Shown here in pieces: positions 32,037 to 42,285 of a DNA stretch of 64,000 nucleotides. The stretch is taken from positions 352,001-416,000 of the forward strand of contig CBDCTH010000012.1 of assembly GCA_965222155.1 (NCBI GenBank). The letters run 5' to 3'. The DNA comes from Gammaproteobacteria bacterium. Its GTDB lineage: Bacteria > Pseudomonadota > Gammaproteobacteria > Eutrophobiales > Eutrophobiaceae. The notes under the pieces are model-generated. The model was not told the DNA's origin. It did not search any database and saw only the letters and a list, made by a program, of their open reading frames with translations. The position numbers were made by a program, and so were the translations under genes. Within the stretch, counting starts at the first letter, position 1, and the number at the start of each line of letters is the position of its first letter.

Positions 32037-33062
32037 TCAATACCCCCCTCCTTGCTGGATACCCAACTCTGACAATTTTCTTCTGTATGCGATAGATATA
32101 ATATCGGCCCGGATATGGAATTCCTGTGACAAATCCAACGGCAGGTACACCGGGTACTGGTTCTCAACTATCCTTCTATCTTCTTCGTTGACAACTTCCT
32201 GAAATTGCAACCAGTCAGAAACCGGTTTGTCTTTATCAAAGTTACGTGCCTTCAGCATGAAGATTCGTATTTTGTCTGCTGAGACAGGTGTTGCCACATC
32301 AAAAATATACTCAACACCAACGGAGCTTGTCACTTTCAAACATATCGCATAAGGCATGGTCAGGGTATATTCCGAAAGACATTCTTCTACTGTGCCTTTG
32401 TATTCAAATGTGTTAGCCGACAAAAACATGGTTTTTATCTGATAATAAAGTCCCTCTGCTGTTTGCTCTACGTCAAATTTACCGATCTCCGGATAATCCC
32501 GGGGTGCAAATGTATCAGCATGTATCCATGCGGCATGTGCGATATCAAGGAAGTTTTCCGTGTGTCTGGCTGCCGAAGTTTGCCATTCCGTGCTTAATTC
32601 GATTACCTGATTTTCTGATGTTTCGAGCGCATTCCAGTCAGGTAAAGTAAATCGGGGTTCGGAACCCAGGCAGGTCCAGATTAATCCATAGCGCTCGAGC
32701 GCCTGAAAGGTGTTCAAGCGTAAATTAAGAGAAACCTTTGCATCATGGCCCTCTGCCGGGATCAATGTACACTGCCCTGAACTGTCGTAATGCAGACCAT
32801 GGTAAGCACACACCAGTCTATCGTCTTTCAACCAGCCCTGACTCAGGTCTGCGCCACGGTGCGGACAATTCCGTTTTGCAACAGTAATACCTCCGTTGGT
32901 ACGGTATATTATTAATGGGACATCAAGTAACGTTGCAGCGTACGGCTTGTCTGAGACCTCACTGCTGAAGGCGACAGGATGCCAGCAGTTCGCCAGTATG
33001 TTCCAGTTGTTCTCTGAAAAAGTACTTTTTACGGGTTGGATACAACGGTCAGTACTTATCAT
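32037..33062 (-). CDS. VanA/Ndm-like Rieske oxygenase (subtype A)
   Basis: WNILANCWHPVAF, CPHRG...CAYHG, RHTENFLDIAHAAWIH, EEDRRIVENQ, ADIISIAYRR. Confidence 0.9.
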   Translation of the reverse strand: MISTDRCIQPVKSTFSENNWNILANCWHPVAFSSEVSDKPYAATLLDVPLIIYRTNGGITVAKRNCPHRGADLSQGWLKDDRLVCAYHGLHYDSSGQCTLIPAEGHDAKVSLNLRLNTFQALERYGLIWTCLGSEPRFTLPDWNALETSENQVIELSTEWQTSAARHTENFLDIAHAAWIHADTFAPRDYPEIGKFDVEQTAEGLYYQIKTMFLSANTFEYKGTVEECLSEYTLTMPYAICLKVTSSVGVEYIFDVATPVSADKIRIFMLKARNFDKDKPVSDWLQFQEVVNEEDRRIVENQYPVYLPLDLSQEFHIRADIISIAYRRKLSELGIQQGGGY

Positions 33063-33081
33063 TGACAGTTCTCCAGTCGTT

Positions 33082-34257
33082 CTACACGGCTACGGATTTT
33101 TGTGTTCCCAGTCGATATACAATATATATTAAAATTAACCATGACAGCATTGTTGTAGACGCTGAGGCGAGCCCCAGCCCGGCATAGCCATACCACTCGA
33201 TCAGATTGCCCGCAATCATGGGTCCAAAAGCGAATCCCAGTAAATACACCGAACCTGCAGCGGCGGCCAATCTGCCCTTTTTATCCAATGCGGCAGCCAG
33301 GCCAAATAAATACGGAACTGCAAAGTAAAATGATATAAAAGATGACATAACCGCAACAATGTAGACCGTTGCATTGCTATTCAAACAAAGAACCATACTC
33401 GTTGCGGTATACCAGATACAAAAAATTGAAATAGGAATAAAGCGTCCTATCCGCACGTTTAACCAGGTAGCCAGACCGGCGCCTATTATTCCAACACCAC
33501 TGCCAACCGTTAATACAAACCCAACCTGAGTAGTTGTCAATCCACTGCGAACACCTAATTGTTCAAAAAACGTGTAAACGGCTGCTCCTGCCGCTATAAA
33601 TATAAATATTCCGGCTAATGTACAAATTCCCAACATTGTCGGTATTCTGTTCTCAGCCACAGGCTTGTTTTTTACTATCGTCGGCTTATCCGATGGTAAA
33701 CCTCTCAGGAAAAACACGAAAATAATCATAACGATTGCGGTCAGGCCGAAAATTCCCCGATGGGCATACATATCTGTCAGATAACCACCGGCAGAAAAAA
33801 GGATAACGCTGACCAGCGCCCAGGCGACTTGAAAGTAACCATAAACTTTGTCCGGATTACGGGAATGCGAGGCAACTGCCGCCAGTGAGATGGCATAAAT
33901 TATACCTTCGCCGATACCGGCCAGGCATCTTACGATGATCATGACAGTCAGGGTAGCCACCTGGACTGATACGACATTTGCAGTTATTGCCAGACAAACC
34001 GCATAAAAGCATATCGTACGATAAGGGAATCTGTGTAAAACCGGTGCAACCAGAATAGCCGTAATGGACAACACCAGAAATTCAGCGAATGCGATATAAC
34101 CTGCTTGCTGGGCAGAGAGCGTCAGTCCTGTTATCACGCCCCCGATCACCAGAGGTGATAGCTGGGTAATTACACCACCAATTACCTGTGCAGCTATTAC
34201 TGCGTAGACGAAAAATAATTTATCACCGGATTTATGTGGAGAATCCGGCACGTTCAA
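33082..34257 (-). CDS. MFS transporter
   Basis: About 12 hydrophobic segments; paralog of 37777-38913 (VIAAQV.GG..TQ.SPL, NPDK.YGY.QV.WA, VPYLFGLAAALD). Confidence 0.85.
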   Translation of the reverse strand: MNVPDSPHKSGDKLFFVYAVIAAQVIGGVITQLSPLVIGGVITGLTLSAQQAGYIAFAEFLVLSITAILVAPVLHRFPYRTICFYAVCLAITANVVSVQVATLTVMIIVRCLAGIGEGIIYAISLAAVASHSRNPDKVYGYFQVAWALVSVILFSAGGYLTDMYAHRGIFGLTAIVMIIFVFFLRGLPSDKPTIVKNKPVAENRIPTMLGICTLAGIFIFIAAGAAVYTFFEQLGVRSGLTTTQVGFVLTVGSGVGIIGAGLATWLNVRIGRFIPISIFCIWYTATSMVLCLNSNATVYIVAVMSSFISFYFAVPYLFGLAAALDKKGRLAAAAGSVYLLGFAFGPMIAGNLIEWYGYAGLGLASASTTMLSWLILIYIVYRLGTQKSVAV

Positions 34258-34275
34258 TTTCGTACTTATTTACCT

Positions 34276-36567
34276 TTACCAGTTATAACCAATCTCAACA
34301 CCGTAACTACGCGGCCTGTTTGGCACAGCGGTTTGGAGCCCGATACTTGTGTAATCGAATGTTTGTACACGGTACTTGGTATCCGAAAGGTTACGCCCCC
34401 AACCAGCGACCTCCAGCTTTTCATTCAACATTCGATAAGATATCCGGGCGCCAACCAGCCAACGGGCTTTTGACCGTACGGCATGATGATTTTCCACGCT
34501 GTGAAACATTTCATCGGTCCAACTCCAGTCAAAATTGAATGCCAGGGTACCTTCCGTTGTGGTTTGTAACGGCCACTCGTAAGCCAGATTACCAACAAAT
34601 TTCCACTCCGGCGCATACACGTTGTCATGCCCGGCAAGATCCTGACCCGTAATAGCACGTGTAAATTGCTTGAATTCCGTATTCAGATATGCCATGCCAA
34701 AGTTCAGATCCAATCTGTCGATGAGGCGTGTCTTCAGTTCCGCTTCCATACCGTAATAATCTGCCTGGTCCGCATTGCCGAGCACAATCAGCAGGTTGCC
34801 GAATGAACCAATGAAATTATCAAATACCTGCAGGTCTTCATAATCATAATAAAATCCGGATACATTTAATTGCGCCCTGCCATCAAACAGGGTTGATTTA
34901 AACCCGGATTCAACGGCAAGAATAGTTTCTTCATCATAGATGTTGAACTCTGCAGGATCACCAAAACCAACATTGATCCCTCCACTCTTGTAACCGGTGC
35001 CGACATGCGCATAAACCAGTAAATCTTCAGTAGGCGTAAAATCCACACCCACTTTCCACGTCACGTCATCGTATGTGCGTTCACCACTGGTGCCCGGATC
35101 AAACACACTTAACCCTGTTCCGAAGCCTACAGGGTAAGGCGGGTCAAATAAATCGCTGTTATGATAAATTTCGATTTCATCCCTCGTGTAACGGAGACCC
35201 CCATAGACCTTGAATAACTCATTGATCTGGTATCCCAGGTTGGCAAAAGCTGCAAAATGGTCCGATTCCTGTTTGTAATTTGAATACGTGATGAAACCAA
35301 AGAATTCGTATTCGTTCGTCGACGGCAATTCCTCCGATGCATAATAAAGACCCACTATCCAGTCCCAGGGGCCTTCGCTTGTCGATGTCAATCGAACCTC
35401 CTCTGAAAACGTTCTGGTTTCATGCCGATAGATGTTATGGCTGACTGCACTGGGGCCTCCATCGTCGTCACCTGTCATAGCTCGCTGAAACTTATCATAG
35501 GCAGTAATGGATGTGGCCCTGAAACCATCAAAGTCCCAGTCAATCCGCATATAACCGCCAAGGGTTTCAATATCGGTGGGACCGAAAAGATCAAAGTCAC
35601 CGGCAGTAGGATCGCCACGTTCTTCAATTCCGTCCGGGTCCCGGTAACCATCAAAATTGATACAGTCGTCTCTTACCGTGGCATCACAGTCGGTTGCAAA
35701 TGTATTAGGGTCCACGGTACCGACCTGCTGGTACTGAAATCCGCTGGAATGGTCCTGGGATCCATGTACATTAAATAGAATTTCAATGTTCTCTTGCGGC
35801 GTCCATAAGGCCATGCCACGCCAGTAATACTGATCCGTATCGTTAAACGTACCGCCAATCGTCCCCGGTATGGTAGACCTGCCTTCCATCCAGCCATCAT
35901 CATTCTGGTAGGTTCCCGCGACTCGCAGGGAAAGATTTTCCGTTACCCCACCCGTAACTGCGCCTTCGAACCGCACGGCGTCATAGTTACCATAGCCGAT
36001 GGTACCGTACCCATGAAACTCCTGCTCAGGCTTGTTGGTAATATAGTTGATTGCGCCGGCAGTGGCGTTACGCCCGTACAGTGTGCCTTGCGGTCCTCGC
36101 AAAACCTCCACGCGCTGCATGTCAAAAGGCACCAGCGTATGGGCAAAAATGCTGCTCATGTAAACTTCATCTGAATAGACACCGACTGTCGTATTCGCGT
36201 TTCCGGCAAAATCCACGCTTCCTGAGCCACGAATGATGGTTTTTGCAAACTGGTTTCCCGATGCAGCTTCGACCTGGACACCCGGCAGATATTGACCCAG
36301 TTCGTTGGAAGTAATCAGGTTGCGATTCTTGATTTCCTCGCCGGAAAATGCCGTGATTGAAATGCTGACGTCCTGCAGGCTTTCTTCACGCTTCTTTGCG
36401 GTGACAATCACTTCTTCGAGAATATCGGCGGGAACATTTATGGGTACAACAATAATCAGAAAGACTGCGGAACAGACAAAGCGGAAGTAAATGCGAGAAC
36501 ACAGGTTAAACTTCATAAGACCCCCTAATAATTTGAAATCCGAGTCGTGAATCGTATTACACACCAT
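34276..36567 (-). CDS. TonB-dependent receptor (start possibly MKFNL, a little downstream)
   Basis: LEEVIVTAKKREESLQDV, RVEVLRGPQGTLYGRN, C-terminal GYNW. Confidence 0.92.
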   Translation of the reverse strand: MVCNTIHDSDFKLLGGLMKFNLCSRIYFRFVCSAVFLIIVVPINVPADILEEVIVTAKKREESLQDVSISITAFSGEEIKNRNLITSNELGQYLPGVQVEAASGNQFAKTIIRGSGSVDFAGNANTTVGVYSDEVYMSSIFAHTLVPFDMQRVEVLRGPQGTLYGRNATAGAINYITNKPEQEFHGYGTIGYGNYDAVRFEGAVTGGVTENLSLRVAGTYQNDDGWMEGRSTIPGTIGGTFNDTDQYYWRGMALWTPQENIEILFNVHGSQDHSSGFQYQQVGTVDPNTFATDCDATVRDDCINFDGYRDPDGIEERGDPTAGDFDLFGPTDIETLGGYMRIDWDFDGFRATSITAYDKFQRAMTGDDDGGPSAVSHNIYRHETRTFSEEVRLTSTSEGPWDWIVGLYYASEELPSTNEYEFFGFITYSNYKQESDHFAAFANLGYQINELFKVYGGLRYTRDEIEIYHNSDLFDPPYPVGFGTGLSVFDPGTSGERTYDDVTWKVGVDFTPTEDLLVYAHVGTGYKSGGINVGFGDPAEFNIYDEETILAVESGFKSTLFDGRAQLNVSGFYYDYEDLQVFDNFIGSFGNLLIVLGNADQADYYGMEAELKTRLIDRLDLNFGMAYLNTEFKQFTRAITGQDLAGHDNVYAPEWKFVGNLAYEWPLQTTTEGTLAFNFDWSWTDEMFHSVENHHAVRSKARWLVGARISYRMLNEKLEVAGWGRNLSDTKYRVQTFDYTSIGLQTAVPNRPRSYGVEIGYNW

Positions 36568-36630
36568 ACTATAATAAAAAGAATCTTGTTAAAGTAACAT
36601 GCTTGGAATACACAAAATCATATCCTGGAT

Positions 36631-37656
36631 TCACTCACGGCACCAATCATCCAATCCAGCCAGGTAAGCAGTCTTTTCTTCGTCCGAGGCATAAGAACAG
36701 GAAAAACTGTTTCGGACCAATTGGATGATATCGTCCACACCAAGATTGAACGTCTCAGCCAGTTGAGTGAAATTTGTATTTAAATCCGTTTGAAAAAAAG
36801 GAGGGTCATCGGAGTTTACCGTAACGGTAGCGCCTCTGTTTCTCAATTCAATAATCGGATGTTCTGCAATCGACTCATAAACATTAATCGAAACATTGCT
36901 TACCGGACAAAGAGTCATGGGAATATCATTCTCGACAATATGGTTGACCAGTTCATTATCCCGTATTGCCTGGTTGCCATGGTCAATCCGGTCCACGTTC
37001 AGGTCATTAACCACATCCCAGACGCCTTCAGGTCCTGCAGCATATTCCTCACCACAATGGGCAGATAATTTAAAGCCGAGTTCCCTCGCGCGAGCAAACG
37101 CATCTTTGTGAACACCGGCAGGATAACCCACCTCCTGACAATCCAATCCAATTCCAAGGATCCCGACTTCGTCTTTATAGGCTGCAATTTCATCAACATA
37201 GTTCAGGCTTCGTTCCGGACTGATGGTCCGATCAATGTCGGCAATAAAATAAAGATCAAGACTGAATTCTTCCTTTACCTGCTGACGGCCACGGGCCAGT
37301 CCTTTCATAATCGTATCCAGTTCCACCCTGCCTTCATGGGCAGCCGCATAGGTAAACATCACTTCACGCCGAATGATGTTCTGTCGTTGCATGTCCTTGC
37401 CCAATTCCAGAGCTATCTCGTAATAATCGGTTTCCGTAAATAACACGCCGGTGGTCACTTCCCATTTCTGCAAAAATTCTTCAAGATCATTGAACCGGTA
37501 CCACTCGATTGCGCCCTTAACGTCCGAAAAAGGAAGCTCCACATTATTACGCCGTGCATATCTCAACAGTAATTCCGGGGGAACCGAATCCAAGTGTATA
37601 TGCAACTCTGCTTTTGGGATTCCCCGGATAAATTGTTTTATATCGTCGGCCGGCAT
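36631..37656 (-). CDS. Adenosine/adenine deaminase family protein
   Basis: PKAELHIH, AHCGEE, RIDHG, LCPVSN, NSDDP. Confidence 0.9.
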   Translation of the reverse strand: MPADDIKQFIRGIPKAELHIHLDSVPPELLLRYARRNNVELPFSDVKGAIEWYRFNDLEEFLQKWEVTTGVLFTETDYYEIALELGKDMQRQNIIRREVMFTYAAAHEGRVELDTIMKGLARGRQQVKEEFSLDLYFIADIDRTISPERSLNYVDEIAAYKDEVGILGIGLDCQEVGYPAGVHKDAFARARELGFKLSAHCGEEYAAGPEGVWDVVNDLNVDRIDHGNQAIRDNELVNHIVENDIPMTLCPVSNVSINVYESIAEHPIIELRNRGATVTVNSDDPPFFQTDLNTNFTQLAETFNLGVDDIIQLVRNSFSCSYASDEEKTAYLAGLDDWCRE

Positions 37657-37776
37657 GAAAGTAATAATTATCGACTGAGTTGACTGAATGTAACACTCTT
37701 AAGGAAACATTATCAATGCGAGCCAACTACGTCAATATTGCGATGAACTCGTATTGCCTGAAGACTGAATTAGTGG

Positions 37777-38913
37777 CTACAAATTTCTGACTACAACCAA
37801 CAATAATATCCAGGCCAGGATTGTGGCTATAACGGCTGCAACACCCAAGCCGATATAGTCATACCACTCGATCATCGTGCCGGCAAACGCCGGTCCTACG
37901 GCAAAACCCAGTAAATACGCTGATCCCGCTACCGCCGCCCAGCGGCCTTGCTGGTCCAATGCCGCTGCCAGGCCAAACAGGTAGGGGACAGAGAAATAGA
38001 AAAATACTACTGATAGAACCAGGGCAACCACATAGATTACAGGATGGGTATTAACACATAACACGATGGCAATAATTGAGAACGCAACCGAGAATACCGA
38101 AATAGGAACAGCTCGGCCCTTACGTATGTTCAACCAGGTTGCCAGAACTGCGCCGCTGAAACCAACGGCTGACCCTGTGGTCAGGGCATAGCCGATCTGG
38201 TTCGTAGACAGTCCTGCCCGTTCACCCAACGGCGCAGTGAAGGTATATATGGCCGCGGATGCGGTCAGGTAAATAAAAATTCCCGCTAACGTGACGATAC
38301 CCATCCAGAGCGGCGCAGCGTTGTGATTTTTATTAACTGATTGTGTCGGTGCCGTAACACCGGTCGGCAGCCACCTCAGAAAAATTATCAGGACAATTGT
38401 GATGCAGGCGATCATGCCGTATATACCCCGGTGGGCGAATATATCGGTAAGGTAGCCTCCTGCGGTAAACAACAAGGTGCTCAATACTGCCCAGGTCACC
38501 TGGATATAACCATACAACTTGTCCGGGTTGGCGGAACGTGACGCCACCGCGGCCAGTGATGCGGCATACACCAAGCCCTCGCCGACGCCGGCTATACATC
38601 TCATTATCACGATGAGATACAAATCGGTTAATAATATTGAAACAACCTGGGCACCAACGGCTAGACTCGCGGCATAAAGACACAGCGACCGGTATGACAG
38701 TCTCGGCAAAACCGGCGCTATCACGATTGCGGTGAGCGATAAAACGATAAATTCTGCAAATGCGACATAACCGGCCTGTTGTTCCGTTAATTCAAGACCG
38801 ATAATAACGCCACCCACCACCAGGGGAGACATCTGCGTCACCAATCCGCCGGCCACCTGGGCGGCAATTACCGCAGTAACAAATTTTAGCGGGTCACCCG
38901 CGCGGGTCTGCAC
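37777..38913 (-). CDS. MFS transporter
   Basis: About 12 hydrophobic segments; paralog of 33082-34257. Confidence 0.85.
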   Translation of the reverse strand: MQTRAGDPLKFVTAVIAAQVAGGLVTQMSPLVVGGVIIGLELTEQQAGYVAFAEFIVLSLTAIVIAPVLPRLSYRSLCLYAASLAVGAQVVSILLTDLYLIVIMRCIAGVGEGLVYAASLAAVASRSANPDKLYGYIQVTWAVLSTLLFTAGGYLTDIFAHRGIYGMIACITIVLIIFLRWLPTGVTAPTQSVNKNHNAAPLWMGIVTLAGIFIYLTASAAIYTFTAPLGERAGLSTNQIGYALTTGSAVGFSGAVLATWLNIRKGRAVPISVFSVAFSIIAIVLCVNTHPVIYVVALVLSVVFFYFSVPYLFGLAAALDQQGRWAAVAGSAYLLGFAVGPAFAGTMIEWYDYIGLGVAAVIATILAWILLLVVVRNL

Positions 38914-38919
38914 TGTTAC

Positions 38920-39903
38920 TCAACTCGTTCCATAATTTAATCCCATCTCTTTCAACCAGCGCCGGTATACGTTAGAAGATTTGTCGGCCGGTTGGTGTAA
39001 TTCTGCGGTGGGATCCAAAGGTAAACATTTTGGCCGTTGCGATTCCAGAACTGCCTTATCCTGGTAGAAGATCGTGTCCTGAAAATCCCGGAAATATTCT
39101 TCCGGCTCGCCATGACCATAGTTCATGGCAAGGACAAACCAGGCGCGGATACGAGTTTCTTCCTTCGATTGTATTGACATCAGGATCAAATCGGATGGTT
39201 TCTCGCTGGCGGCGCCGGGCTCCTTGGTGAGCATGACGGTCAGCGGCCGCAGTACCCGGTAGGAATAGGCAACTTTGGTGCCTTCCTCGCTGGTCACATT
39301 GGCCCTAGGTTGATAGACGGTCGCATTGGTCACTCTGATTTCGCTGTCTATCACCTCAACATCGTAATCATCCATTTCCGTGTAGGGCTCCTCCCCCAGG
39401 TAACCGGTATGTACAAAGGGAAAGTGCGACAGGTCCAGAAAATTCTCTACGGCTCGGGGGCCACTGGTCTCAACGTCATAGGGCCCGGTGATCACCAGGT
39501 GATAATCCTCATCTACGCCGTGAAACAATGGCACGTCACCAGCCGGATCACCCAGGCACACCCACACCAGGTCGTATTTCTCCCGCACCTGCAGTCGGGT
39601 CGTCCTGGCCCTTTCCGAGATAGGCTGATCAGGATGGGCGGGCATCCTGATGCAGCGGCCATCGGAATTAAAATGCCAGCCATGATAGGGGCAAACTACC
39701 GTGTCGCCATTTCTGATTTCGCCTAAAGACAACTTGGAGCCACGGTGGGGACAGCGGTCCAGCCAGGCGTGTATCTCACCGTGACTGCGCCAGATAAGAA
39801 TATCCCGTTCCAACAATTGTGTTGCGAACTTATCACCGTCCGCCAGCTCCCTGGCGTTCGCTACCGCATGCCAATCATTGAGCATGATAATATCGTTTGT
39901 CAT
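38920..39903 (-). CDS. Rieske oxygenase (subtype C), NdmC-like catalytic domain with intact Rieske cluster
   Basis: LNDWHAVA, CPHRG...CPYHG, SGPRAVENFLDLSHFPFVHTGYLGEEPYTE, FQDTIFYQD, YRRWLKEMGLNYG. Confidence 0.9.
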   Translation of the reverse strand: MTNDIIMLNDWHAVANARELADGDKFATQLLERDILIWRSHGEIHAWLDRCPHRGSKLSLGEIRNGDTVVCPYHGWHFNSDGRCIRMPAHPDQPISERARTTRLQVREKYDLVWVCLGDPAGDVPLFHGVDEDYHLVITGPYDVETSGPRAVENFLDLSHFPFVHTGYLGEEPYTEMDDYDVEVIDSEIRVTNATVYQPRANVTSEEGTKVAYSYRVLRPLTVMLTKEPGAASEKPSDLILMSIQSKEETRIRAWFVLAMNYGHGEPEEYFRDFQDTIFYQDKAVLESQRPKCLPLDPTAELHQPADKSSNVYRRWLKEMGLNYGTS

Positions 39904-39920
39904 CTTATCTGCTCGTGGGT

Positions 39921-40982
39921 TTAACTTGTAGCCGGTGCACCCAGGTTAAATTTACCGGCCAGTGCTTTCCTGTATTCCAGTGACATACGATCAGCGGGAA
40001 TATGGATCTCTTCCCGCAAATCCAGCGGCAGATCTTCCGGTGATTGTGCTTCCACCAGGGGCTGGTCTTCTTTATTTATGTCTATCGTTTCCTGTATCAG
40101 CTCATCCGTGGCCGGATCACCGGAGTTGTCTGCCAGGATTTGGAAAATGCCGCTCTCGTGCGCGGAGATAGGGCAGACCGTATCCAATATCACCTGTATA
40201 TAATCGGACCCCTGCACATCCACTTCCAGCAGGGTGGAAAACGGAAACGTTAGTTCGTAGCTGTAAACGACTTCACGGTCCTGCAAATCATCTCTCCCGT
40301 CAGGAAAGCGGTTGCCCAGTTCCAGGTAAGGTAATCGAAAGTTGAGGCCGTAATCAGTCTGTTCCACCTGGTATAACGGATAGGCTGCATCCATTTCACC
40401 GCCGAAAGTGGCGCCATGCACCCAGGGGAAGTGCGCCACGTCGTTAAAGTTTTCGACGTGACGGCCCGCTGCTACCTGCCACTTCCCCGGAGGAACAAAC
40501 ATGGATTGATATTGAGAAGTTTCCAGATGGCGCCAGTAAGGTAACGGCCAGGCAGGGTTATCTTTCAGACACACCCAGATAATGCCGTAGCGTTGTTCCG
40601 TCCGGTAGGTTTGCAGCCGCAACTTCTCCGGTATTCTCACATCGGTGTCGGCGATGGACGGTATCTTTCGACAAACACCTTGACCATCATAATGCAAGCC
40701 ATGCATGGGACAAACCAGCAGGTCATCCTGCATCCAACCCAGGCTCATCCTGGTGCCCCTGTGCATACACTGGTCTTTCGCGACCGTGACGCCTTCACTG
40801 GTCCGGTAAATCACCAGGTTTACGTCCAGTAATTTGGCGGCGACAGGTTTGTCCCCGATATCATGGAGAAATGCAACAGGGTGCCAGAAACCGGCCAGTA
40901 TGTGCCAGTCGCTTTCCCGAAAGGTGCAGTGACGGGGTAACTCGGTATTTACCTGAGTTGAATGGTCTGTAGCCAGAAACAT
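39921..40982 (-). CDS. VanA/Ndm-like Rieske oxygenase (subtype A)
   Basis: DWHILAGFWHPVAF, CMHRG...CPMHG, RHVENFNDVAHFPWVH, EDQPLVEAQ, ADRMSLEYRK; paralog of 27811-28860. Confidence 0.9.
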   Translation of the reverse strand: MFLATDHSTQVNTELPRHCTFRESDWHILAGFWHPVAFLHDIGDKPVAAKLLDVNLVIYRTSEGVTVAKDQCMHRGTRMSLGWMQDDLLVCPMHGLHYDGQGVCRKIPSIADTDVRIPEKLRLQTYRTEQRYGIIWVCLKDNPAWPLPYWRHLETSQYQSMFVPPGKWQVAAGRHVENFNDVAHFPWVHGATFGGEMDAAYPLYQVEQTDYGLNFRLPYLELGNRFPDGRDDLQDREVVYSYELTFPFSTLLEVDVQGSDYIQVILDTVCPISAHESGIFQILADNSGDPATDELIQETIDINKEDQPLVEAQSPEDLPLDLREEIHIPADRMSLEYRKALAGKFNLGAPATS

Positions 40983-41204
40983 GAACTCTTACCACATATT
41001 TTGTATTTGTTATCGGTTAAAAACGAAACCAACCCAAGCTGGATTATAGAGGCAGACTAAGGTTCAAGTATATGACTATCGTGTAGGGATTCGTATCTGA
41101 AATTCACTTCACGCTCTGCAAGACGAATGCAACCAATCAGGCAAACCCTGGCCCGGATTTTTGATGTGCGCCCTCCATGGCGTACACCCATACGCGGACT
41201 CTCC

Positions 41205-41229
41205 GGGGACGGATTTCAAATCCGTCCCC
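41205..41229. repeat. GGGGAC-type palindrome, copy 3
   Basis: ggggacggatttcaaatccgtcccc, identical to the 12903-12927 core. Confidence 0.85.
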
Positions 41230-41313
41230 TTATGCACTGACAGATTTGTCTGGTTAAGGGGTGAGCCGGAAAAAGAAAAAGACACTTAACGTGTCTTTTT
41301 CCCAGCGAACGAC

Positions 41314-42243
41314 TCAACAAGGAAGTTGTGGCTGCTGGTCGCCTTCCACCTTGCCTGAAATCGGCGCCAACGGCAGCGCATCATCACCCGGCTCTATGGT
41401 AAAAGTGAAATCGAGCGAACACCAGGGCCCGGTCACTTCAGGGTCCGGCGCAGGTACGTTTTCGTGATGAATATAATCACCGATCAGAGCTTTCGTCACG
41501 CCGAACTGCGCGTCGGTTTCCAGGTAGGGGTCGTCATTGACATAAACCTGTGAAATATGCGTTTTATAACCCGGCTTGTGAATCAGGAAATGCATATGTG
41601 CAGGCCTCATATTGGCGCGCCCTTGCACCCTGAGAAGGTCGCCGACCGGCCCGTTCACGGGAACCGGGTACGCCGCCGGTTTCACGGTACGAAAATTGAC
41701 TTGGCCGTTATTATCAGTTCGGAATTTGCCGCGAAGATTCATATCAGCCTGGACAGGGTCCTGGTTCTCGTACAAGCCTTCTGCTGACGTGTTCCACACA
41801 TCAATCTCTGCATCGACGACCGGATTATCTTCGTTATCCCTGATCCTTGCAGTCACGAATAACGGTTCGCCGATTGTCGGCGAGCGCACGATTGACCCGC
41901 CGCTCTCCGTCTCCGGCGAGTGTGCGCGCCAGAACGGGCCTAGCAGGTTGGCCGTGGTTTCTCTCTGGCCGCGGCCGTTGTTCAGGAGGCACACCAATGA
42001 CGATAGACCAAGCGTACCGGCCAGAAGCACCACTTCATTGTGACTTTTATTCGTTAGTTGCCCTGCCTGCGCGATAAGTGCGCATCCCTGACGAAATTCC
42101 GCCTCCGTCAGTTGTACTTCACGGGCAAAATTGTGTAAATGCCGTACTGCAGCGGATAGAAGCTCTTTAAGACGAGGATCGTTAATGCGCTCAAGTTCGC
42201 TCAATACCGCTTCAGTGACCTGTTCCTGGTTTTTAATGATCAT
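41314..42243 (-). CDS. Intradiol ring-cleavage dioxygenase (catechol/hydroxyquinol 1,2-dioxygenase family)
   Basis: RHLHNFAREVQLT, LLGPFW, GLYENQD, YPVPVNGPVG, RPAHMHF (Tyr/His Fe ligands), DPYLETDAQFGV. Confidence 0.9.
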   Translation of the reverse strand: MIIKNQEQVTEAVLSELERINDPRLKELLSAAVRHLHNFAREVQLTEAEFRQGCALIAQAGQLTNKSHNEVVLLAGTLGLSSLVCLLNNGRGQRETTANLLGPFWRAHSPETESGGSIVRSPTIGEPLFVTARIRDNEDNPVVDAEIDVWNTSAEGLYENQDPVQADMNLRGKFRTDNNGQVNFRTVKPAAYPVPVNGPVGDLLRVQGRANMRPAHMHFLIHKPGYKTHISQVYVNDDPYLETDAQFGVTKALIGDYIHHENVPAPDPEVTGPWCSLDFTFTIEPGDDALPLAPISGKVEGDQQPQLPC

Positions 42244-42285
42244 TTAAGGTACCGTCTGGCTTAGGTCGATGTTGATAGTATGAAA

